A DNA stretch of 63,354 nucleotides, filler included, from Reclinomonas americana ATCC 50394 (lineage: Eukaryota), in assembly GCA_048213135.1 (NCBI GenBank). It is 13 parts of 13 records of this genome, joined end to end, with 100 filler letters (N's around TTAATTAATTAA, not from the genome) between each part and the next. Parts side by side here need not be neighbours in the genome. Positions count along the whole stretch, not along the records: positions 11,155 to 27,232 come from AFZH01023949.1; 12 more parts are not named here. One strand, 5' to 3'. A model generated the notes under the pieces. That model saw only the letters and a list, made by a program, of their open reading frames with translations. It made no database searches and had not been told where the DNA came from. This document shows positions 14,301 to 23,117 of this stretch, in pieces. A program made the position numbers and the translations under genes. Each line of letters opens with the position of its first letter. The stretch's first letter is position 1.

Positions 14301-15123
14301 CCGGATCGAAGGGAATGGCCTGCACGCCCTTGGCCCGCCACAGCGCCTTGGCCTCGTCGGGCGCGCCGGGCTGGAAGGCGTAGAGCCCGCGCGGCGCGGC
14401 GCGATGGTCATTGAGTGCTTCGAGCAGATATTGCACCGGCGGGTCGTCGGCGGTGTAGCCCACGAAGACCAACTGGTACTGGTCCAGCAGCCCGCGGATG
14501 AAGCGCGTCGCCCAGCCTTCGGCGAGATAGGCGCGTCCGAAATCGGCGCTCGAGAGCACGAAGGCGTAATCGTCAGCGGCGCTGTAGTCGGCGTTGACGC
14601 GCCCATGCAAGTGGGTGATTCCGGTGATGTCCCTGGGTCGACGCGGATCGGGTAGATAGGGCGGCGCGTGGAGCTTTAGATCCGGATCGCAAGCCCCAAA
14701 CAACAGGTCGAAATTGGTGGTGACCAGACGCACCGCGCCATCTGGCCCCTTCGCCAGATCCAGCATCACCCGGTGGGCCGAAAGATCAGCGCCCTCGGGC
14801 GGGGCCAGGGCTCTGGCGACCGCCTCGCGGATGTCGGCGACGTCGAATTCTCTCTCCAGGAGAGCAAAGACGCGATCGGCGGCCAGGAGGCCGCCAACGC
14901 CGGCGATTGGCGCCATGGCCTTGGCCTGCGCCAACAGCTGTCGGGCTGGGCTTTCGGCCACGACGCCCAGTCGCTCGACCACGGCATTGGCCAGCCCGAA
15001 AAAGTCGGCCAGACCCGCGCGGGCACGCGAGACGCCGGCCCCGCAGAAGAAAATGACCTGTCCCTCGTCGCGGGCGACGAGCAGGTCATGGGGAAGGTCG
15101 GGGCCATCGGCTACGAAGCGCAT
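11368..15123 (-). CDS. dsr1: Defence-associated sirtuin (SIR2-like NADase domain + long C-terminal region), Dsr1-like, 1251 aa
   Basis: N-terminal MRF..GP..P..LL.ARDEG.VIFFCGAGVS; SIR2 motifs LVTTNFD, HLHG and LVFVGYTADDP. The size and architecture resemble Dsr1, and it sits next to nuclease/helicase genes. Confidence 0.8.
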   Translation of the reverse strand: MRFVADGPDLPHDLLVARDEGQVIFFCGAGVSRARAGLADFFGLANAVVERLGVVAESPARQLLAQAKAMAPIAGVGGLLAADRVFALLEREFDVADIREAVARALAPPEGADLSAHRVMLDLAKGPDGAVRLVTTNFDLLFGACDPDLKLHAPPYLPDPRRPRDITGITHLHGRVNADYSAADDYAFVLSSADFGRAYLAEGWATRFIRGLLDQYQLVFVGYTADDPPVQYLLEALNDHRAAPRGLYAFQPGAPDEAKALWRAKGVQAIPFDPADNFSALWSTLEGWADRARDPAAWQARVLAKAMDGPGAMAAFERGQVAHIVSTPQGAAHFAKAGPPAEWLAVLDPTIRYARDDEDWQFKPFERYGLDDDPPPLPIESSRYRNEIPADAWDGLAISRHDRSELGDHEVGALRGRHSGRSPRLVRRLSALGEWIAAVANQPIAAWWAAGQGGLHPDIVSSVLDRLGRAEGAPTSTEAAWRLLVRSWGGNDVNLLELGRAAKRGGWTSAMARDYGEALTPRIKASRPRGGPPSPADADQPRSIVRMKLDYPAPRPDVTPSNEVLPQVLAALRRALTLALIYSAEIGERSYTGLPPIRSEPRQDEDDFSRSDGLARPFFHYVDLFQRLRVLDLDQARTELSAWQDEGEVASRLRLWAAGEDDLQSPPEAAATLLAIGQKPFWDNYHQRDLMLSIKARWNAFSPQDQAALEQRILTGREPWKNEDAESAKTGRAWWSIQRLQWLVNEGCVLTIDWPAEKARLMTIAPDWRDEGAGGAAASMESSSGWVQTDADASDIKGLAPREVLQAARNIAGQRDFAAFIVRRPLEGLAKDKPVKFLRALVLAGRAGEFPAHDWETFLEREARKDDGSRLSAQIARRLAQLPSASLGSILLTVSRWFAQAAKGGGPFGPGLSALWPAMLQAMTEHPETGRSAILGQDRDWLLYAVNAPSGALVEAMMDRTDRERDPGPGFTPDWLATLDQLFTVPGDAARYAAVALLRSGLGFFYYHDSAWTRRRLLSLQQSQDDDDRAAFWTGVLSSGQLRSPELFTELAPAMLALVGSKDLKDDYASNLAAVLLSGWGSRRAEGGRYITDEQMRHALLSGGDRFRSQVLWPLGRWRTSGSLDWRNQAIELLETTWPRQMGVRTSRTTERLMDLAISAKDDFPRMVAAVTPHLGQLTGEGSTLLGLTHGDTDLPALHPVEVLTLLYTVLGEAARDWPYGAELALARLADQAETALDPRQLELRRRLSAR

Positions 15124-15186
15124 CGCATGCGATCATGCTGCGCACGCTCCCCTGGCTCAAGGTGAAGCTGATGCTATCTTGACCTT

Positions 15187-16545
15187 ATGGATCACTTCCG
15201 TATCCGCCCGATCGCCGAGAGCGACCTCGACACCGTCGTTCTGGAAGCTGGTGGGCGGCGGGCTCATCCCGACCACGACCGCCGCGATCTGCGCGGCGCC
15301 GATTTTGTCCTAGGCGATCTGGTCATCGAGCTGAAGGCGCTGGACGAGGACGGCTTCGACAAGCCAGCCCGTCAGCAAAAACTCGCCACGCTCTTCCGGG
15401 GGCGCGATCCAGAGCGCCCCGTCGTCGTCGTTGACCGAAAGCGCCTGTCCGAAGACGACCAGCGCACCTACGACCGGATTGTCGAGGGCCCGGTCAAGAA
15501 CGCGATCAAGTCGGCAAAAGGCCAGTTGGAGCAGTCGCGCACCGAATTTCCAGATACCAAGCTGTCGGTCGTCCTGCTTCTCAACAACGGCTACACCGCG
15601 CTCGACCACGACGCGCTGCTGGAGCTTGCCGAGCGACGCGCCCGCAATGACAGCAGCGACATCGACGGCGTCATCGTCGCGGGCTGCTACTTCTACAGCG
15701 ACACCTTCGACAGCTTTTTCACTTGGCCGATCGACTACATTTCGGTTCGCGGTGCCCCAGAGCCCCCGGAATTCGAGGCGCTTCGACAAGCTTGGCACAG
15801 GCTGGCCAACAGCGCGATGACGGCGCTGATGCAGAGCGGGCATGGCCCGGACGCGATCAAGGGTCCCGTCGTGGACATGCAGTTCGACGTCGACGGGGTG
15901 ACCTATGTGAAGCCCGCGCCACCGATGGGTCGCAAGTCGGACTTCTTCGTCAACGGACGACCGCGCAAGGACAGCTCGGGCTTGAAACACTGCCCGCCTG
16001 TCGCGCTCACGCACCCTGGCCTTTCGCTCGCCGAATGGACCCGTCTGCGAAATGTGCTGAGCGGTGATCCGGGGCTTGGCGAAACCTATGAGGATTGGCT
16101 GCGGCAGAAGGCCAAGGGTGTCGAACATGGGACACCCTTGGCCCCCTTTATTCCGGTTGCGGTTACTGCCGCACCCTTCAAGATCTGGTTGGCGACAGAG
16201 CGCCAGCCGGCCACCTTCGGCGCCCTGCTGAACTATGCCAACGGGCTATTCGATACGCGCCTGCGCGTGCTCCTGGCCGGCGCCCGCGAGCGCACCACCA
16301 AGACCCTTTTGCCGCCGCGCTACGTGCTGGCGGTTACCCAGGAGATTGGTCAGGACCGAGCCAACGATGTCTCCGACATCGCGATCGTCCACGAGCTTCT
16401 AAACGGCGAGACCAAGATCTATCCGGTTCTTGAGAACGTCCGGATGTTCCACGAATATGCCCTCACTCTGGCTTGCGCCCATGCCTTGGCCAACGATCTG
16501 GAAACGGTGCTATGGCAGAAGAACCGCACCTACGGGTGGTCCTGA
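15187..16545 (+). CDS. Hypothetical protein, 452 aa, with N-terminal PD-(D/E)XK-like motif
   Basis: Long ORF with GC-rich third positions; 'GADFVLGDLVIELKAL' resembles a restriction-endonuclease-fold active site. Divergent from the SIR2 gene. Confidence 0.7.
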   Translation: MDHFRIRPIAESDLDTVVLEAGGRRAHPDHDRRDLRGADFVLGDLVIELKALDEDGFDKPARQQKLATLFRGRDPERPVVVVDRKRLSEDDQRTYDRIVEGPVKNAIKSAKGQLEQSRTEFPDTKLSVVLLLNNGYTALDHDALLELAERRARNDSSDIDGVIVAGCYFYSDTFDSFFTWPIDYISVRGAPEPPEFEALRQAWHRLANSAMTALMQSGHGPDAIKGPVVDMQFDVDGVTYVKPAPPMGRKSDFFVNGRPRKDSSGLKHCPPVALTHPGLSLAEWTRLRNVLSGDPGLGETYEDWLRQKAKGVEHGTPLAPFIPVAVTAAPFKIWLATERQPATFGALLNYANGLFDTRLRVLLAGARERTTKTLLPPRYVLAVTQEIGQDRANDVSDIAIVHELLNGETKIYPVLENVRMFHEYALTLACAHALANDLETVLWQKNRTYGWS

Positions 16546-16560
16546 CACGTCACCGCCAAG

Positions 16561-17853
16561 CTAGGGGCGCGTGGACGCGCTGGCTTTGCGATCGGGATTG
16601 CTCCGATGGATCTTCACGATCCGAAACGGGAAGCCCAGGTGCTCATCGTTGTCGGCGATCCAGCGCTTTTGCTCTTCGCTGAGGGAGTCCTTGGAGGACT
16701 TGACCTCCGCAAGGAACAATGCCCCGTCCTCGCCTCCAAGCACCAGAAGGTCAGGCCACCCCAAGTGGCGGCCCCAGTAGTCACCGATGAGGTATTGCAG
16801 GATCTTGACGATCGCGGCGGGCGACAGCCGCTCGATCAGCATCCGCCCACGGTCGAAATCCACGTCCTTATGGACCCAAAGATATTGCCGCAGCTCGTAG
16901 CTGACGCCCCGGAAGTAGTCGTAGGTCCATAAGAGCGTGAAGCGATCGTCTGGCAGCTCAGCGAAGAAACGCTTGAGTTTGGCGGCGCGGCGGTCGGCGT
17001 AGGTTGGCTTTCCGAAGTCCTCCGGGAGGCTGGCCCATATCTGCCGGCACGGTCGTCCGGCCTCATAGTCGTCGCGATTGCCAAAGCCGCAGAAGCGGAC
17101 CTGATCATCGAGCGTATCGCAGATGACCAGCGCCATCATCACCGCGAAAAGCGACATGAACGGCACGCTCTCTAGCGGGATCGCTTCCAGGCCCTGCGCG
17201 CGATAGTGCTCTATCGCGAAAGCTTCGGGCGAGATCACTTCGTCGCCGACCTGGATGATCGCGCCCTTGCGCCCCTTCGGCGCGTATTCTGCGGTGAGGT
17301 TCTCGATCTCGACCTTGTAGCGGGTTAGCACCTCCTGGTCGGAGACCTCGGTGTAGACGTACTTGGGTGAGGCCTCATGCAGGGCCTTGATCTCTGCCAG
17401 CACGGCCGCCGCGATCTCCGCCTGGGCCAGGACTTTTGCGTCTTCGTCCGCATCGGGATGCGCGACTTCCCAGTCGTCGAAGCGCCGCATCTCCTCGAAG
17501 AACAGCTCGCGCCAGTAGTAGCGCTTGATCTTGGACGTCGCGCCCATAGACGGCGCCCTAGGCGTCGGCTGGGCTGGAAGGCCTCTGCATTCGGGGCAGA
17601 TCGCAGGTTGGAACCCCAGGGTCACGGGAATCCGCTGCTGCGACTCCAGGACCGTTCCCTCTCGAAGTTGATGCGCCAGAAACCGCCTGCCAAACGCCTC
17701 GTCGCAGGCGCACATCATCAGCGCGTCACATGAGCCGCAGGCGTACTTTCGGATCAGCTCGTAGGGGTTGATGCAGACGGCGTCAGCATGGTTGCAATTG
17801 CTGGTCTTGATGATTTGCGCGTGGTCGCCGGCGGGACGTTTCGGAAGCGCCAT
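16561..17853 (-). CDS. VRR-NUC (FAN1-like) nuclease with N-terminal Cys-rich putative Zn-binding region, ~430 aa
   Basis: C-terminal GWPDLLV...LAEVKSSKDSLSEEQKRW is the VRR-NUC motif; the N-terminus has CNH, CGSC, MCAC and CPEC. The ATG at 17853 lies 1 nt past the helicase stop and is preferred over the 17958 start in the ORF track. Confidence 0.82.
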   Translation of the reverse strand: MALPKRPAGDHAQIIKTSNCNHADAVCINPYELIRKYACGSCDALMMCACDEAFGRRFLAHQLREGTVLESQQRIPVTLGFQPAICPECRGLPAQPTPRAPSMGATSKIKRYYWRELFFEEMRRFDDWEVAHPDADEDAKVLAQAEIAAAVLAEIKALHEASPKYVYTEVSDQEVLTRYKVEIENLTAEYAPKGRKGAIIQVGDEVISPEAFAIEHYRAQGLEAIPLESVPFMSLFAVMMALVICDTLDDQVRFCGFGNRDDYEAGRPCRQIWASLPEDFGKPTYADRRAAKLKRFFAELPDDRFTLLWTYDYFRGVSYELRQYLWVHKDVDFDRGRMLIERLSPAAIVKILQYLIGDYWGRHLGWPDLLVLGGEDGALFLAEVKSSKDSLSEEQKRWIADNDEHLGFPFRIVKIHRSNPDRKASASTRP

Positions 17854-17854
17854 C

Positions 17855-19714
17855 TCAAGCCACACCCAAGGCCGCGCCGATGTCCTGCATCCCGGCCGCC
17901 TCAACCATGTCCCACAGCGCAGCGACATTGCCACGCGCCGAGTTGGTCGAGGTGACAAACAGCCGCTCGCGGGCGCGCGAGACGGCCACGAAGAAGAGGA
18001 GCGCCTCCTCTTTAAGGTCGGGCGAGCTGAAGAAGCCGTCGTTCTGCAGATGCAGGAAGAAGACGGTGTCGGCCTCGAGACCCTTGCTCTTGTGCACAGT
18101 CATCAGGCGGACCTGGTCGCGCCCCCGGAACTGGGCGACGGCCGCCGTCCACGTCGCGGCGCTGTTCAGGCATTCCTGAAGGAAGGCCGCAGTAGCGGCC
18201 TTGACCGTCTCCAACCACTCGGGATTTTCGTAGTCGGGCGACAACTGCGGTAGCAGCCTGTCCCCAACGGTCTTGAGAATATCGTCCATCAGGAAATGGG
18301 CGTCGATCTCGCTGGTCGCGGAGGCTGCAGCCTTGCGGGCTACCGCGACAGCCTCGCCGATCAGCTTCTCAACGCGCGCTTCGGAGGCGGGCCGGTCGTC
18401 CTGGTTCCCCAGCACCGGGCCAACCATGTTGCGAACGCGATGGAACGGTGCGTCGGTCCGGTCGTCGATCGCCATCTGGATAACGCCGATCACCAGGTCG
18501 ACCAGGGGCTCGGTCATCAGATCCTGAATGGCGACGCCATCGACGTTGCGCGCTTCGTTGCGCAACACCAGGCCTTGGCGCGTAAAGGCGTCCGTCAGAT
18601 CGGTCTCGATGTCGCCGGCGTTCTGACGGACGAGAAGCAGGTAGTCCTGAGCTTTGGCGCCCTTCTCCTGGATTTCCCGTGCGATCAAGCCCGCCAGCCC
18701 GGCGGCTTCGGCTTCAATGCCCGGGAACAGAATGTAGCCGTCCGTCGGCTGGGGAAGATCGTCAACGATCCGGCCAGCGACGACCGGGATGGCGTCCGGC
18801 TCGATGGACCGGGCCATGGTGTTGACGATCTCGACAATCCGAGGATTGGACCGAAAATTCGAGGTGAGCGGGATCAGATCCGCTCGGAAGTCGTCGCGGA
18901 AGTCCGTGAACACCGAGGCGCGGGCACCGGCGAAGGTCATGATCCGCTGCTTGCTGTCGCCGACTGCGGTGACGATCGCTGGCGATCTCTGAAAGGCGAC
19001 CTTCAGCAGAGCATACTGGAGGTGGGTGGTGTCCTGGAACTCGTCGAGAAAGATGTGGGAATAGGTCGCCCGCAGCGCCGCGGCGATCTGTGGGTTGTGG
19101 GCCAAGATCGTCATGGCCAAAGTGCTGATCATGCCGAAGGTCAGCCGAACCGGCTTTCTAGCGCCTAACTCAGCCCACCATGCCAAGCCCGGTTTGTTCG
19201 TGAGCAGATCCTCGTCAAATGTCCGGGGCAAAGGGCCCGGCGAGGCCGTCAGCGTCGCGTGCCCCTGCTCCAGCTGGCGGCCGTTGACGCCGTAACCCGA
19301 GCGGTCGGCGAAATCGCGCCACTCTCTGGGCTTGAAGAAGCCAATGCTGTAATCGCGCGGGACGCGGCACCACTCGGGCAACGCCGAGCCAAACCGGTCG
19401 AGGATGCTCTTGGCGAAGGCGTCGAAGGTGTAGCTTTCCAGCCGCCTGGAGAGCTCTTCGCCCACGCGGACGGCCACCCGCTCGCGTAGATTTCTCGCCG
19501 CGTCACGCTTGAAGCTGATGGCCAGGATTCGACGCGGCGCCGGGCATGTGTCGGTCTGAAGCAGATAGGACGCGCGCTGAGCCAAAAGTTCGGTCTTGCC
19601 CGCGCCGGGCCCTGCGATGATGACCGCATTGGTAGCGCTCTGGACAGCCTCCCGCGTCGGCGCGTCGAGCACGACATGGCTCGGCGGGGCCCAATGTTCG
19701 GGCGCCAAGCGCAT
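17855..19714 (-). CDS. UvrD/Rep-like SF1 helicase (GajB-like), 619 aa
   Basis: AGPGAGKT, LDEFQDT, GDSKQRI, TSNFRS, TVHKSKGLE, FVAVSRAR; start overlaps the upstream OLD stop (TGATG). Confidence 0.92.
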   Translation of the reverse strand: MRLAPEHWAPPSHVVLDAPTREAVQSATNAVIIAGPGAGKTELLAQRASYLLQTDTCPAPRRILAISFKRDAARNLRERVAVRVGEELSRRLESYTFDAFAKSILDRFGSALPEWCRVPRDYSIGFFKPREWRDFADRSGYGVNGRQLEQGHATLTASPGPLPRTFDEDLLTNKPGLAWWAELGARKPVRLTFGMISTLAMTILAHNPQIAAALRATYSHIFLDEFQDTTHLQYALLKVAFQRSPAIVTAVGDSKQRIMTFAGARASVFTDFRDDFRADLIPLTSNFRSNPRIVEIVNTMARSIEPDAIPVVAGRIVDDLPQPTDGYILFPGIEAEAAGLAGLIAREIQEKGAKAQDYLLLVRQNAGDIETDLTDAFTRQGLVLRNEARNVDGVAIQDLMTEPLVDLVIGVIQMAIDDRTDAPFHRVRNMVGPVLGNQDDRPASEARVEKLIGEAVAVARKAAASATSEIDAHFLMDDILKTVGDRLLPQLSPDYENPEWLETVKAATAAFLQECLNSAATWTAAVAQFRGRDQVRLMTVHKSKGLEADTVFFLHLQNDGFFSSPDLKEEALLFFVAVSRARERLFVTSTNSARGNVAALWDMVEAAGMQDIGAALGVA

Positions 19715-21789
19715 CAGAGGTCCCCCACGTCGAGACCCAGCAGGGCTCGGCAGCGATCGAACAGGGCCTTGAGGGGCTCGGGACAGCGGGCCTTGATCGC
19801 TTCGACCTCCAGCTCGGCCAAGGCCTCAACGTGGGCGACGGGCTTGCTGCCCTTCTTGAAGAGCGCGTCGTACTGGGCCAGGTGCAAGGCGGTCGGTGCA
19901 GTCAGCGCATCGAACATCTCCAACCCCTTCCCTTTTCCAAAAACCGACTCCTCATAGCCGTCGGTCGAGATCGGGGCGGCGACGCCGGCGACGGCGCCAT
20001 AGGCGGCCGGGAAAGCCTGGAGCATCATCATGTCGAGATCGACGTCGCGGGAATAGAACACATCCCGTGTCCTGAGCCATTCGATCCAAGCCGCGATGTA
20101 AGCGCCATCCAAGGTGTCCCAATCGGCGGCCTTGGTCGGTCGCGGCAGCAACGGGATTTTGACGCCAATCACCTCAAGCTGGTCGACGGCGTACTTCAGG
20201 CGGCGCGGCCCGCCGCCGCTGCGGCCCAGGTCGTAGTCGAGCAGCGTGACGTAGGGAATTTGAAGCCCATCGAGCAGACGCCAGAAGTGATTGACGTGCC
20301 GCCCGCCCAGCGGGACGAACGCCACGAAGGCCGGATCCAGTTCGAGGTCGGCGTGAAGGGCTCGCGCCACGCGCGGCAGGACCATTTCTTCGGACCGCCC
20401 TTCCCCCAGAATGACCAGACGCGAGAAGTAGAGTTCGGGGTGGCTGATGACCGCTTCCTGGACGAACTTATGGGCGTCGCTGGCGATGGGCGGCAGCTTG
20501 ATTGGATTGACCTTGGAGGTCAGCGTCGCGGCGTTATGGCGGATGTGGCGCACCTGCTGGGGGGCCACGCGGCGCAGGGCGCTGGCCGAATGGGTGGTCA
20601 AGAGACCCATCACCGCCGGGCTGCGGGCCTGCTCGGTCATCAGACCGACCATCCGCGACAGGTAGAACGGCGCCAGGTGGTTCTCTGGCTCTTCTAGCGC
20701 CAGCACAGTCAGCCAAGGCCGCACGGCCTCGACCTCGCGGAAGCCGTCCGGCTTGGCCTTGGCCAGTTCGGCGTCGAGCTTGAAGAGCGTGACCACCAGA
20801 GCCAGGTAGAAGAGCGAGGCCTGGCCTTCGCTCAGTTCATGGACGGAGCGATGGCGGCCGCCAGGCCCCGGGCCCAAGGTCAGGGAAAGATCGCGCAGCG
20901 CCCGCTGTATCTCCCGGGCCAGGACGGTCAGCCGCGGCGCGCGCAGATGCGGCCCGTCGAACAGCAGACCCCAGTTGACCGCGAGTTCCGACGTGACACG
21001 GCTGATGGCCGGCATGTCGTCGAACAGCTGCTGCATGCCGTCCCACTGCTTAGCCATGGGCTCGCGGCCACCGCTCCAGTCGCCGAACTTCTCCAGCCAG
21101 ACCAGAAGCTCACGCAGCGCCTGGCGCAGTATCGCGTCGCCGTCTCGGGTGGCCGGCAGATAGCGGACCTGGAAGCGTCGACGATCATTGGCCGAGAACG
21201 CCAGCTTGGCGACATCGCGCTCGCCGAAGGGCACGTCGCCCATCGACGTCACCCAGAACATCTCGGTCTGGATGTCGTCGTCGTCGACGCCATAGGTCCA
21301 GGTCGCCTCCAGACGGATGCGCGCCTTCAGGGCGTCCCCGGGGCCGGCCGCCGACATCGCCCGGAAGATCTCGGCCACCGCGCCCATCCGATCGAGGACC
21401 GGATCGTCCAGTTCGGGGAAGGCCAGGACCACTTCGATCAGGACCTGCCGGCTGGAGACCAGCACCGTCGGATCAGGCTCGACGGGATCAGCCGCGCTCG
21501 CTGCCCCGGCCTCGCTCAGGATGTCGCGCAGGCCGCTGACCGCAGGCGGCGGCGCAACGACCTCCCGAGTGGCCCCGGGCTCTTCGTCTCGGCCGAAATG
21601 AACGTCTTCACGGACCAGGCGCCGGTCCTCGGCGCGGGTTCCGAACAGCTTCTGAAGCGCGCCGATGATCGCGGTTTTGCCCGCGCCATTGGCCCCGACG
21701 ATCGCGGTCAGGGTCTCGTCGAACTCGATCTTCGCGCCCTGGTCGCCGAAGCAGCGGAAATTCCGCAGGTAGAGGCTTTCTATGAACAT
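19714..21789 (-). CDS. OLD-family ABC-ATPase/TOPRIM nuclease (GajA-like), 691 aa
   Basis: Walker A GANGAGKT, signature LSEGQ, Walker B LALEEPENHL, H-loop TTHS, TOPRIM LGEGRSE and LLDYD. Confidence 0.92.
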   Translation of the reverse strand: MFIESLYLRNFRCFGDQGAKIEFDETLTAIVGANGAGKTAIIGALQKLFGTRAEDRRLVREDVHFGRDEEPGATREVVAPPPAVSGLRDILSEAGAASAADPVEPDPTVLVSSRQVLIEVVLAFPELDDPVLDRMGAVAEIFRAMSAAGPGDALKARIRLEATWTYGVDDDDIQTEMFWVTSMGDVPFGERDVAKLAFSANDRRRFQVRYLPATRDGDAILRQALRELLVWLEKFGDWSGGREPMAKQWDGMQQLFDDMPAISRVTSELAVNWGLLFDGPHLRAPRLTVLAREIQRALRDLSLTLGPGPGGRHRSVHELSEGQASLFYLALVVTLFKLDAELAKAKPDGFREVEAVRPWLTVLALEEPENHLAPFYLSRMVGLMTEQARSPAVMGLLTTHSASALRRVAPQQVRHIRHNAATLTSKVNPIKLPPIASDAHKFVQEAVISHPELYFSRLVILGEGRSEEMVLPRVARALHADLELDPAFVAFVPLGGRHVNHFWRLLDGLQIPYVTLLDYDLGRSGGGPRRLKYAVDQLEVIGVKIPLLPRPTKAADWDTLDGAYIAAWIEWLRTRDVFYSRDVDLDMMMLQAFPAAYGAVAGVAAPISTDGYEESVFGKGKGLEMFDALTAPTALHLAQYDALFKKGSKPVAHVEALAELEVEAIKARCPEPLKALFDRCRALLGLDVGDL

Positions 21790-22063
21790 CGTCGAGCCTT
21801 TTGCGCTCTCCGGATGCGCCCATAGCTCCGGGGCAGACCAACCCTTAGGCGATCAAGCTTAACCTCGCAACGCAAACAGGTGCGCCGTCTCCTCGCGATC
21901 CTTGAGGTTCTCGAGCCCCGAAGCTGGGTCGAAGCCGGCGCGAAGTGCGCCAGGGGGCAGCGCCCCCAAGCCCGCACACAGCAGCGCGCCCACATAGAAT
22001 GAAGTTTGAACGAGGGGCGCACAGCAGGCGCGCGAGGCGCCAGTCCATCTGTTGGCGCACGCA

Positions 22064-22954
22064 TCAGCAGCGCTCGGAGAACCGGTCGTAAGCGTCGATC
22101 TTGCGGGCGAGCAGATCAACGTCGCCGCCGTAGATTTCGCGGCGCAGGAACAACAGCTCCGCGTCCTTGTCGGCCTCGGCGACATCGACGTACCAGCAGC
22201 GCGGCGGGACGACATCGTCGCCGCCCCAGCGATAGCCGCGCGCCTTGAGCTTATCCTTCATGGCGAACGGCGAGTTCTCCGCCCAGATCCGCCAACTGGC
22301 GGTACGGGCGCTTTCCAGCAGCCGCACCAGGCCTCGCGCGCCGCTCCTGGGCAACGGCAGGGCCAGCAACTCGATGGCCGCCAGACAATCGCTGGTCGCC
22401 CGGTGGCGGTCGTAGAAGAAGCCGGCCCCTGTCGCCAGATAGGCCAGCTTGGCGCCCTCGTGCCCCTCGCCCTTCCAGTCGATCTGGCTCATCGAACAGG
22501 CCCAGGGCTTGGTGCGAAAGACCGGACTGAACTGCTCGAGGAAGCGACGGTCGAACGCGGCGTTGTGGGCGATGACCAAGGCGGCGGGCGCGGCGAAACT
22601 AGCCACCGCGTCGGCGTCGATGACCTGCCCCTCGACCATGGCGTCGTCGATTCCCGTCAGTTCGGTGATTTCCAGCGGGATCGGATCGGTGGGCTGGCGG
22701 TAGCCGTGGAAGGGCTCCAGCACCTCGTAAACGACGCCATCCAGGCCATAGCGGAACGGGATCATGGCCAGTTCGATGATCTCGTCGCGCTTGGGATCAA
22801 GGCCGGTGGTCTCGACGTCCACGAAGAGACCGATCCGGGTCTTCTCGCCGTCCGGCGGCGAGATCTTGGGGCGGGTGCCGAGTTTGCGCAGCACCCGATA
22901 TTCGCCGCTTGCCTCCAGGGCGGCGGCCATCGCCGGTAGGTCGAGCGAGGCCAT
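22064..22954 (-). CDS. DEDDh 3'-5' exonuclease (DnaQ/Pol III epsilon-like), 296 aa
   Basis: ExoI DVETTG, ExoII HNAAFD, ExoIII HRATSD. Confidence 0.9.
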   Translation of the reverse strand: MASLDLPAMAAALEASGEYRVLRKLGTRPKISPPDGEKTRIGLFVDVETTGLDPKRDEIIELAMIPFRYGLDGVVYEVLEPFHGYRQPTDPIPLEITELTGIDDAMVEGQVIDADAVASFAAPAALVIAHNAAFDRRFLEQFSPVFRTKPWACSMSQIDWKGEGHEGAKLAYLATGAGFFYDRHRATSDCLAAIELLALPLPRSGARGLVRLLESARTASWRIWAENSPFAMKDKLKARGYRWGGDDVVPPRCWYVDVAEADKDAELLFLRREIYGGDVDLLARKIDAYDRFSERC

Positions 22955-23117
22955 GGCCGCCTAGCCGGCCTTGGCGAGCAGCTGCCGCGCCGTCTGCGTC
23001 ACGGCGATGTCCGGTAAGGCGAAATTGGTCATCTGGCCCTCACTTGCAGGGTCAGCCTGACACGCGCCTCCGTCAATTGCGGTCGCCCCGCCTGGACGGT
23101 GCGCCCACCTGCGGGCG

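Noticed and set aside
17854..17958. Longer N-terminus for the VRR-NUC ORF given in the ORF track
   Set aside because: Overlaps the helicase 3' end by ~100 nt; the ATG at 17853 fits translational coupling better.
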